From Polyangiaceae bacterium (GTDB lineage: Bacteria; Myxococcota_A; Polyangia; Polyangiales; Polyangiaceae), in the NCBI GenBank assembly GCA_050183255.1, contig JBFXBK010000010.1:27960-59959 (forward strand): a stretch of 32,000 nt of DNA. Reading direction: 5' to 3'. The notes beneath the pieces are model-generated. The model searched no databases, was not told where the DNA came from, and was given only the letters and a program-made list of their open reading frames with translations. Positions 24,922 to 32,000 of the stretch are shown piece by piece (position 1 is the stretch's first letter; every line of letters begins with the position of its first letter). The position numbers and the translations under genes were made by a program.

Positions 24922-25995
24922 TCAGGCAGCACGCACGCGAGCGCTGGCGAGGCGATTTCCCCCAGCCTGCTTGGCCACGTAGGCGAGTTCATCCGCGCGA
25001 GCGATCAGCTCCCGGGGGGTGTCCGCCGGCTTGGCGACGCCAACACCAACGCTCGCGGTGACCGGCTCATCGACTGCCGCCGCACCCCCCACTGCAGCGA
25101 TCGCGTCCACGACGCGGTCCGCCACGGCCGTCGCGGCCTTTTCCTCGGTATCAGGCAGCAGCACGACGAACTCGTCACCGCCGTAGCGAACCACCAGGTC
25201 CACGGAGCGCACGCTGGAAATCACTGCAGCCGCGATGTTCTGCAAGAGCTCATCGCCAGCCAAGTGCCCGCGCGTGTCGTTCACCTTCTTGAAACCGTCC
25301 AAATCGAGCATCAGGAGCGCCAGTGGGTGCCCCCGCTCGACCCGCGAGAGCTCGCGCTCCAGCACTTCGTACAGGGTACGTCGATTGAGGAGGCCCGTGA
25401 GCGGATCCCGCTGGCTCTGCTCGTTCAGCGCCCGATTCGCCGCGATCAGCTGCTCTTCCCGCTCGCCCAACTTGTCAGCGACGCGAGCGACGATCCAGGT
25501 CGTGGTGCCCATGATCACCGTGAAGTAGAGCCCCGTAGTCATTACCGCGCGGATCGCAGGCTCGGCGTGCGGGGCCCACTCCGGAGCCTCGGGGCCGTAG
25601 GGCACGACGCCCAGGTGCTCGAGCACGAGCAAGCTGTCGTAGAGCAACACCGCGACCACCCCGAGCCCGCGGGCGACGCGACCGCCAGCGACGATCGCCT
25701 CCAAGATCCCCACCACCAGGTACAAGCACACCAGCACGCTGGTCATGCTGCCGGTGAGGTGTACGAGGTAGGTGACGATGCCGAGGTCCACGACGCCGCC
25801 CCAAAAGGCGCGCTGTCGCCCACCGATCCGCCGCCCGATCAGCAGCTGGAGGACCAACGCAATGACCACGTAGCCACCAAGCACCGGCCAGTACGCGTTG
25901 AGATTCGGGAGCAGCCAGGGCGTGAGCAACGCAGCGAACGCGGCCAAAACGACCCGCGCCCAGCCCGCCACTGGGTTCTGCTCAATCCGCTCCAT
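24922..25995 (-). CDS. membrane-bound GGDEF diguanylate cyclase (about 5-6 N-terminal TM helices)
   Basis: DPLTGLLNRRTL, LMLDLDGFKKVNDTRGHLAGD, and an RSVD I-site 5 residues before GGDEF (RYGGDEFVVLLP). The N-terminal half is hydrophobic. Confidence 0.85.
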   Translation of the reverse strand: MERIEQNPVAGWARVVLAAFAALLTPWLLPNLNAYWPVLGGYVVIALVLQLLIGRRIGGRQRAFWGGVVDLGIVTYLVHLTGSMTSVLVCLYLVVGILEAIVAGGRVARGLGVVAVLLYDSLLVLEHLGVVPYGPEAPEWAPHAEPAIRAVMTTGLYFTVIMGTTTWIVARVADKLGEREEQLIAANRALNEQSQRDPLTGLLNRRTLYEVLERELSRVERGHPLALLMLDLDGFKKVNDTRGHLAGDELLQNIAAAVISSVRSVDLVVRYGGDEFVVLLPDTEEKAATAVADRVVDAIAAVGGAAAVDEPVTASVGVGVAKPADTPRELIARADELAYVAKQAGGNRLASARVRAA

Positions 25996-26131
25996 CCCCC
26001 GAAGAGCTAGGCTATCACCTGGGACGGCGCGAGGCAGCGCCCGGCCTCAAGAATATTTGGCGTGGAAAGTCGACGCGCAGCGGCAAAGCAGCACGGCGAA
26101 CACGCCCCGGCCCTTTCACCAGCCGCGCGTG

Positions 26132-26147
26132 GGGCACTCGGAATGCA
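26132..26147 (+). promoter_or_regulatory. candidate sigma54 (-24/-12) promoter upstream of the 26202 lipoprotein gene
   Basis: GGGCACtcggaATGCA compared with consensus TGGCAC-N5-TTGCA. GG (26133-34) and GC (26145-46) have the canonical spacing. It lies about 55 nt upstream of the ATG. Confidence 0.3.
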
Positions 26148-26201
26148 ACGCTGCAAAGCGACGTTTTTCCACTGCCTTCCCTAGCAAGTGACCCAAAGCC
26201 T

Positions 26202-27398
26202 ATGTCCAGCATCTCCTCACGCTTGTCGCTGCTGCTGTGCAGCACCTTGCTCGTCTCGGCCTGCAGTCGGACCCAAGAATCTCCCCCAGCGAGCATCGCG
26301 GATGGCTCCACCGTCAGCTCGAGCCACGAGCCCGCCCCCTCGGCCTCGGTCGCGCCCGCCGCGGTCGCCGGTTCAGAGCCCAAAGCCTCCGAGGCGCCCA
26401 GCCCGAAGCAATTTACCCTGCAATTCAGCTCGTTTTCGGAGGGTGACCGTTACTTCTTCAGCGACAACTACATCTCGAACGAGACCTCGTACTTGCAAGT
26501 CGCTGACGACCTAGAGCCCCGCGGCGGCGCTTACATCGGCGTAGGTCCAGAGCAGAATTTTACCTACATCGCGCGCACTCGCCCGGAGGTCGCCTACATC
26601 GTCGATATCCGGCGCGGAAATGCGCTGCTGCACCTGATGTACAAGGCCATCTTTCATCAGGCGCGGAACCGCAGCGAGTTCGTCGCGCGACTGGTAGGTC
26701 ACGAAGGCGAACTCGAGGAGCCCCCGATGGCGACGCTAGCTCAGGCGCTCGACGCAGGAACCACCAACAGACCGAGCGCGGATGAGTTCGAGCGCGTCCA
26801 CACCGCGATCGTCAAATATATCCAGGCGGATTTGGGGGTGAGCCTCTCCTCCAAGGACCTCGAGACCCTGCGCGACACGCACAGCGCGTTCTTCAAGCAA
26901 GGCCTCGACCTACGCTTCGAGCTCCACCAGAAGAACGGACGGCACTATCCGAGCCTGCGAGAGTTGCTCGAAGCAACGTCGGTGGGCGGCACCGGGAGCT
27001 TCCTGAGCAGTGCTGAGGAGTTCGACTTCCTGCGCGACATGCAGGAGCAGCATCGCATCGTGCCCATCGTAGGAGACTTCGCCGGAGACCAAGCACTAGC
27101 GAAGATCGCGGCTGAGCTCGAGCACCGCAAGCTCACGGTGAGCGTCTTTTATACCTCGAACGTCGAGCAGTACCTGATGGAGCCCGACACCTGGAAGCGC
27201 TGGGTCCGGAACATCGAAGCGCTCCCTGCAAGCGAACAGAGCCAGTTCATTCGCTGCTACCTCGACCAGGGGCGGCGCCACCCAAAGCAGCTCAAGGGAC
27301 ACCGCACGGCAACGGTCCTCCAGTCGTTCACGCGCTTCAAGACGGAGCAGAGCAAGCACGGCTACAAGAGCTTCTGGCAGCTCGTGACGGATGACTGA
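26202..27398 (+). CDS. lipoprotein of unknown function
   Basis: Lipobox LLVSAC within MSSISSRLSLLLCSTLLVSAC, followed by a Ser/Ala/Pro linker. The body (GGAYIGVGPEQNFTYIARTRPEVAYIVDIRRGNALLHLMYKAIF...) matches no family I can name. GC3-rich. Confidence 0.6.
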   Translation: MSSISSRLSLLLCSTLLVSACSRTQESPPASIADGSTVSSSHEPAPSASVAPAAVAGSEPKASEAPSPKQFTLQFSSFSEGDRYFFSDNYISNETSYLQVADDLEPRGGAYIGVGPEQNFTYIARTRPEVAYIVDIRRGNALLHLMYKAIFHQARNRSEFVARLVGHEGELEEPPMATLAQALDAGTTNRPSADEFERVHTAIVKYIQADLGVSLSSKDLETLRDTHSAFFKQGLDLRFELHQKNGRHYPSLRELLEATSVGGTGSFLSSAEEFDFLRDMQEQHRIVPIVGDFAGDQALAKIAAELEHRKLTVSVFYTSNVEQYLMEPDTWKRWVRNIEALPASEQSQFIRCYLDQGRRHPKQLKGHRTATVLQSFTRFKTEQSKHGYKSFWQLVTDD

Positions 27399-27494
27399 CG
27401 ACGTGAGCTCCCAGCGCCAGCGCCGACTCGGCCTCGGCTGGTTTGGCGGCAGCGCACGCGCCGACGCGTTGGTACGCTGCATCCGAGGCTGGAG

Positions 27495-28973
27495 TTGGGA
27501 CCAGGGCGCCACAAAGTGACCGCTCGGCGACTAGCCAGTCGGCTGTTGCCTCGAGCGGCGACGGGTTTGTGCTATGGCCAGCGGGTGTTTTCCGCCTTCA
27601 AACGCCGCTTCATTGCCGCCCATTTAGGCCGCGACGCCGCCACGTTGCTCATCAGTGCCGTCTGCACGCTGACGCTCGCTTGCTCCGAGCAGTCCTCGAA
27701 TGGCGCCAGCGCCGCGCCCAGCGCCAGCGTAGCCGTCGCGCCGCCAAGCGTGTCAGCGGAACCGCCGCCTCCACCCAAGCCGGAACCGAAGCGGCCCTAC
27801 AACGTGCTGTTCATCATGATCGACAGCCTGCGCGCGGACATGCCTTGGGCAGGCTACGAGCGGGACATCGCGCCGTGGCTCACGAAGTTCGCCAAGCGCT
27901 CCACGTTGTACCCGCGCAGCTACGCCATCTCGAGCTACACCGCGAAGTCCGTCGCCCCCACGCTGACCGGCAAATACGGAACGGAGATGGCGCGGGACGG
28001 TTACTTCTTCACCAAGTGGCTGCCCTCGAACCTGTTCATCAGTGAGCGCGCCCAGGCAGAGGGTCACCGCACCCTAGCCGGCAACGCCCACGGTTATTTC
28101 CTCCCGGTAATGGGGCTAGACCAAGGCTTCGATGACTACCGGCTCCTGCCCGGCACCATCTTGGACACCACCGGTGTGAACAACATCACGAGCGAGGGTT
28201 TGAACAAGCTCGCGAAGGAGATGCTCAGCGGGGACAACGTGAAGAATGCGAACGGAAAGCGCTTCTTCGCCTACTTCCATTTCTTGGATCCCCATTACAC
28301 GTACTTCAAGCACGACGGGCACCCGGACTACGGCAACAAACGGCGTGACCTCTACGACAATGAAGTCCACTACTCGGACCAGTGGGTCGGTGACCTGATC
28401 GACTGGGTGTACAAGCAGCCGTGGGGCAAAGACACCGCGGTGATCATCACGGCGGACCACGGCGAAGGCTTTGGCGAACACGGCCACTACCGCCATGCGT
28501 ACGAGATCTGGGAGGGCCTGGTACGCGTCCCGCTCTTCATCCACGTGCCGGGCGCCGAGCCACGACGCATCGAAGAGCCACGCGGTGCCATCGATCTCGC
28601 TCCCACCATGGCTGACCTGATGGGCCTCAAAGACGACCCGCCCTTCCGCGGCAAGAGCCTGCTGCCGGAGGTCTTCGGTGCGGAGGTCAAGCCACGACCA
28701 GTCCTCGTCGACTTGCCCCGCTGTGACCTGATGGACAAGCGCCGAGCGCTGATCGTCGACAACTACAAGCTGATAAGCTTCGGAGACGATCAGAGCTTCA
28801 TGCTCTACGACGTCGTGAAGGATCCCAAGGAGGAGCATGAGCTCAAGACGGAGATGCCCGAGGTCTTCGAGCGCATGAAGAAGACCTATCTGGAGGAGTG
28901 GGCGAAGGTGCCCAACGTCCCCGTCGTAGGCGGCGTTCCCCTGAAGGGTGACCGTCTGCAGCAGCGCTACTGA
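27495..28973 (+). CDS. sulfatase-fold (alkaline-phosphatase superfamily) lipoprotein lacking the Cys/Ser-x-Pro-x-Arg formylglycine motif
   Basis: YNVLFIMIDSLRAD (metal-binding Asp), HFLDPHYTY and ITADHGEGFGEHGHYRH are classic sulfatase-fold motifs. Lipobox LTLAC. At the nucleophile position the sequence reads SSYTAKSVAPTLTGKY rather than C-T-P-S-R. The real start is probably GTG 27516 or GTG 27585; 27495 is TTG. Confidence 0.8.
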   Translation: MGPGRHKVTARRLASRLLPRAATGLCYGQRVFSAFKRRFIAAHLGRDAATLLISAVCTLTLACSEQSSNGASAAPSASVAVAPPSVSAEPPPPPKPEPKRPYNVLFIMIDSLRADMPWAGYERDIAPWLTKFAKRSTLYPRSYAISSYTAKSVAPTLTGKYGTEMARDGYFFTKWLPSNLFISERAQAEGHRTLAGNAHGYFLPVMGLDQGFDDYRLLPGTILDTTGVNNITSEGLNKLAKEMLSGDNVKNANGKRFFAYFHFLDPHYTYFKHDGHPDYGNKRRDLYDNEVHYSDQWVGDLIDWVYKQPWGKDTAVIITADHGEGFGEHGHYRHAYEIWEGLVRVPLFIHVPGAEPRRIEEPRGAIDLAPTMADLMGLKDDPPFRGKSLLPEVFGAEVKPRPVLVDLPRCDLMDKRRALIVDNYKLISFGDDQSFMLYDVVKDPKEEHELKTEMPEVFERMKKTYLEEWAKVPNVPVVGGVPLKGDRLQQRY

Positions 28974-29015
28974 GCTCCCACCGGGCCTAGAGTGAGGATT
29001 TTTCCTCCAGGAAAT

Positions 29016-30395
29016 TTATTCCAGCGCAGGCGCCGCGGGCACTTCCGGTGGTGGTCCGCGCAGCGCCTCGAGGGACTCGAGCTGCTTCTGGGCTTCGTCG
29101 AGCTCCGTCTGATCGCGCAGGTAGACGAGCTGGCGGTCGAGGCGCTCAAGAGCGTACTGACTGCCGGTGTTGAGCAACATCCCACCCACGTCGAGATCGC
29201 CGCGGGCGAGGCGCGCTTTCACCTCACGCACGTCGCCCACCACGCGAACCGCCTTGCGATACGTCTCGCGGTATTCCTGGGTGCGCTCGACGGCCGTCTT
29301 CACCACCCGCAGCGCCTGGGAGCCGCCCGGTAGCAGCGAAACGGCCGAGGCGAGGTAGTCGAGGTAGTCCGCGTCTCCGCGCCACAGCTTCATCACCTGA
29401 CGGTAGATCGCGGAGGTCGGCAGCCCAGTGACGCTGTCGAGGATGACCAGCAAGCGCCCGAGCTGATCTTCCGCCTCGCGCTGAGCGGCGAGCCAGACCT
29501 TGAACTCCTCACTGTCTTCGATCTGGCGTACCAACGCCTTGCCGAGCTGAAGATCGGCGTTCAGCATTTCTCCCTGCGGATACGTGCTGCTGCGTCGCTC
29601 CATGGCCTCAGCGTCCTGGGTCACGGCGAGCAACGCCAGCGTGAGGTTCTGCGCCAAGCTACCGCTGCCGGCGTCCGTGGCGCGCGCGGTGAGCCCCACG
29701 GTGACCATCGATGCTTCGAGGGCCGCGGTACGTTGCCGGTCCTGCTCGAGGCGCAGCACGAGCAGTTCGAGGACCTGGATGTAGTCCGCTTTGGTGACTT
29801 GATAGGGCAGCTCGAACGGCAGCTCTCCACCCTCGCCGAGCTCCAGGTGCTGACGGCAGATGCGGTACTGCTCGATGCGCCCTTCATCGCCCGCGATCCG
29901 CAGCGCTTGCACCTGGGACAGGAGGTTCCCAAGCGCGTAATCCAGATGGCGGACCTCGACGTAGTCCTGATGGATGTGGTCGCGGGCGAGCTTCCAGTGC
30001 TCCGTCGCGCGGTCACGCTCCGCTTGGCTCATCCCCGCGCGAAACGTCAGGCGCTCCGGCACGTCTCTTTCCACACGAAAACTCTGCTCGTCCTGAGCCA
30101 CCCGGATATGAAACGGCACCTCACGGGCCTGTAGGTTCGTGAGCGACGTCACCCCGCGCTGGGACAAAAGCTTGTAGGAGTCCGTACTGTGCTGACGCGC
30201 GCGGCCTTCCACCTCGATGTATACGTCGGCGTAGTGCTTGTAGGCGCCGTGCACCCAGTCCTTGCCATACAGATGAGCGAGGGGTGTCTCAGGCTCACGA
30301 GGTCCGCAGCCACCAAGCAATGACAAGCCACCCAGTGGAGCCAGCGTGCCCACCAGTGACAGGCCGACCTGGATGAAGGCCCGCCTCTGCATCAC
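29016..30395 (-). CDS. Tat-signal lipoprotein of unknown function, largely alpha-helical
   Basis: (M)MQRRAFIQVGLSLVGTLAPLGGLSLLGGC combines a twin-arginine motif (RRxFI) with a lipobox (LLGGC). The start (GTG 30395 or ATG 30392) overlaps the stop of the upstream gene. Confidence 0.6.
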   Translation of the reverse strand: MMQRRAFIQVGLSLVGTLAPLGGLSLLGGCGPREPETPLAHLYGKDWVHGAYKHYADVYIEVEGRARQHSTDSYKLLSQRGVTSLTNLQAREVPFHIRVAQDEQSFRVERDVPERLTFRAGMSQAERDRATEHWKLARDHIHQDYVEVRHLDYALGNLLSQVQALRIAGDEGRIEQYRICRQHLELGEGGELPFELPYQVTKADYIQVLELLVLRLEQDRQRTAALEASMVTVGLTARATDAGSGSLAQNLTLALLAVTQDAEAMERRSSTYPQGEMLNADLQLGKALVRQIEDSEEFKVWLAAQREAEDQLGRLLVILDSVTGLPTSAIYRQVMKLWRGDADYLDYLASAVSLLPGGSQALRVVKTAVERTQEYRETYRKAVRVVGDVREVKARLARGDLDVGGMLLNTGSQYALERLDRQLVYLRDQTELDEAQKQLESLEALRGPPPEVPAAPALE

Positions 30396-31606
30396 AACAC
30401 GCTCACGCCATTCAGCCCGTTGAACTGAGCGCCGAGTGCCTCGAGGCGTACGTCAAAGTTGCCGGCCGGACCGGCATTGCCTGGAGAGCCGGCGGAACCT
30501 TGTGGCCCCTGGGCGCCCCGGGCACCTTCGGTCCCCTGAGGTGTCGTTCCGTCGGGCCCGCTGCTGACGCGGATGGATCCGGGGTCGCCACCGTCACCAC
30601 CGCTCCCGGCGGCGCCGCCGGGGCCGCCCGCGCCCCCAGAAACATCCACACGGAAATGATTTCGAAGCTCGGGGAAACGTTCGTCGAGGTGGAGCACGAC
30701 GTTGCCGCCCGCGCCTCCGTTGCCTCCAACGCCACCGCGGCCACCGGGGCCACCGCGACCACCGGAGCCTGACGGGTTCCCGTCACCGCCGCGCCCGCCA
30801 CGGCCGCCCATGCCGCCTATCCCGCCGGGGCCACCGGAGCCGCCAGCCGCGAAGACCGTGAACTGATTCTCCGGGTGGAAAAGCAAGACATCGCTCACGC
30901 CGCCTTCGACTACCACCGCCACCAGCTTGTCGTAGAACGCAGTCTTGACGTAGGTGGCGTAGGCTTCGATGCGCGGCCCGTCCCCGCCGTTGCCGCCGGG
31001 CCCGGCGTCGCCGCCAGCTTGACCGTCTCCACCGTCACCGCCGGGCGCGTCGCTGTTCGACTGCCCAGATTCCCCTTGGTTACCGCCGTTGCCCGAGACG
31101 CCCGCGGAGCCGAATTGCCCATCAGCGCCCGCGCTGCTGATGCACGAGTAGTCCGGCTTGTAGGTAGTGTCGAAGCTGAACTGATCCGGTCGCTTGCGGT
31201 ACACCGTCTTGAGCTGGAACTCTTGACTCGCGGTAAGCGTCAGATCGGGATTGGGGGTGAACCAGCCATCGGCGTCGAAGGAACCTTGCTCGCTGTGAAA
31301 CGCGAACCAGTTGAACTCGAGCTTTTGGTTGCGGACCTCATCGCCTTTGAAGGTCTCGAACTGAGCGACCTGATCTTCGCCGTCGAGCTTCGCCTCGACG
31401 AACACCGCCATCTGCACGCGTTCCCGTGGGCAAATCGTCTTCTGCGCCTTGCGAATGTCGACAGACATGGACTTCACGTCCGCCTGTTCGAGATCGACCA
31501 CGTTGCGCCCGACCAGGTTCTTCAGGAAACCGCAACCAGCGCTGCCTAGGCCGAGCACGGAGGCAACCAACAAGAGCCGCGCGTGGCGCTCGTACGCTTT
31601 CTTCAT
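30392..31606 (-). CDS. glycine-rich lipoprotein with GGX and collagen-like GXY repeat blocks, unknown function
   Basis: ATG 31606 gives MKKAYERHARLLLVASVLGLGSAGC (lipobox). About 150 aa of ordinary sequence is followed by four Gly-rich blocks separated by beta-like segments. The longer ORF to 31738 adds an Arg-rich, non-signal extension. Confidence 0.65.
   Translation of the reverse strand: MKKAYERHARLLLVASVLGLGSAGCGFLKNLVGRNVVDLEQADVKSMSVDIRKAQKTICPRERVQMAVFVEAKLDGEDQVAQFETFKGDEVRNQKLEFNWFAFHSEQGSFDADGWFTPNPDLTLTASQEFQLKTVYRKRPDQFSFDTTYKPDYSCISSAGADGQFGSAGVSGNGGNQGESGQSNSDAPGGDGGDGQAGGDAGPGGNGGDGPRIEAYATYVKTAFYDKLVAVVVEGGVSDVLLFHPENQFTVFAAGGSGGPGGIGGMGGRGGRGGDGNPSGSGGRGGPGGRGGVGGNGGAGGNVVLHLDERFPELRNHFRVDVSGGAGGPGGAAGSGGDGGDPGSIRVSSGPDGTTPQGTEGARGAQGPQGSAGSPGNAGPAGNFDVRLEALGAQFNGLNGVSVL
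30701..30845 (-). repeat. coding tripeptide repeat: about 16 consecutive GGX units
   Basis: Minus-strand translation is GGS GGP GGI GGM GGR GGR GGD GNP SGS GGR GGP GGR GGV GGN GGA GGN. The plus strand reads as (gcc/acc/ncc) triplets. Confidence 0.8.
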
Positions 31607-31653
31607 TTTTCCCGCCCTTGTTACGCACTGCGACCCACACGCCTTCCTAGTGA

Positions 31654-31672
31654 GGCGAATCTGTGATTCGCC
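31654..31672. promoter_or_regulatory. perfect 8-bp inverted repeat (GGCGAATC-tgt-GATTCGCC), candidate operator or stem-loop
   Basis: Seen directly in the sequence. It lies 48-66 nt upstream of the Gly-rich lipoprotein start (31606) and about 115 nt downstream of the USP stop. No U-tract follows on either strand. Confidence 0.4.
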
Positions 31673-31786
31673 GAACAAATCAACACAGCGTTTCCTCGTC
31701 TCAAAAGTAGCGCGAAGGCGCAAAACTCGGGCGCCCACACCCTCAGGGGGCGGGCGAGTTTTGCAGCGAACTACGGAGACAGGACA

Positions 31787-32000
31787 CTACGCGTTGGAGT
31801 CGTCTTTCCAGTGCTTGTCGCGCACGACCATCACCGAACAACGAGCGACCTTCAGGATTTCCGCAGCGACGCTGCCAAGCATCAAGCGCTCGACGCCCTT
31901 CCTGCCATGAGTGCCCACCACGATCGCGTCGGCGTCGTGATGGGACGCGACCCGGGCGATTTCCTTGGCCGGCGGCCCCGCCAGCACGTGAGGCACGAGC
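31787..32000 (-). CDS. universal stress protein (UspA family), C-terminal part; 5' end lies beyond the window
   Basis: GPPAKEIARVASHHDADAIVVGTHGRKGVERLMLGSVAAEILKVARCSVMVVR matches the USP C-terminal ATP-binding pattern (G..-x9-G(S/T)). The frame is open to the window edge. Confidence 0.8.
   Translation of the reverse strand, partial: LVPHVLAGPPAKEIARVASHHDADAIVVGTHGRKGVERLMLGSVAAEILKVARCSVMVVRDKHWKDDSNA

Noticed and set aside
1-32000. I looked for mobile elements, prophage genes or defence islands (integrase, transposase, restriction-modification, toxin-antitoxin, Cas).
   Set aside because: No ORF translation shows DDE/HUH transposase, tyrosine or serine recombinase, methyltransferase, nuclease or Cas motifs. 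Apart from the 6905-9840 gap, the window reads as core and accessory metabolism, envelope and signalling genes.

Overview
This is a high-GC window: hand-counted coding samples are in the 60s % GC, and GC3 is strongly biased. The gene content and style look Myxococcota/Polyangia-like, with many lipoproteins carrying Gly/Ser-rich linkers, FHA/GGDEF/EAL signalling genes and GTG starts. That taxonomic call is inference only.

I support about 27 protein-coding genes:
- a 5'-truncated VWA-like protein and a small coupled ORF
- a FadL-family outer-membrane channel
- a BtuF/C/D- or Fec-type ABC importer operon (binding protein, ATPase, permease, with GTGA overlaps)
- a lipoprotein resembling the copper type II (PHM/DBH) monooxygenases
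- a translationally coupled REC-EAL / FHA-GGDEF pair, a tiny coiled-coil ORF and a convergent DHH/DHHA1 phosphoesterase
- MscS, an EVE-domain protein, an M20 peptidase, a Cys-rich secreted protein and a DUF368 membrane protein
- a coupled sirtuin / alpha-beta hydrolase / FadB-like trio
- a TonB-like protein, a second membrane GGDEF, an unknown lipoprotein and a sulfatase-fold protein lacking the formylglycine motif
- a coupled pair of unknown envelope lipoproteins, one Tat-signal and one extremely Gly-rich with GGX and collagen-like GXY repeats
- a 5'-truncated universal stress protein

I found no rRNA, tRNA, CRISPR array, transposase or integrase.

The outstanding feature is a gap of about 2.9 kb (6905-9840) with no credible ORF on either strand.
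- It has lower GC than its flanks and C>G on the plus strand.
- It contains many local hairpins, including three cUUCGg tetraloop hairpins when read on the minus strand.
- It is bounded by an AT-rich promoter-like island (9781-9840) and a textbook minus-strand intrinsic terminator (7015-7053).

I flag it as a candidate large, unclassified noncoding RNA locus. The alternative is heavily decayed foreign DNA. All calls come from reading the sequence and from remembered family motifs; no searches were run.
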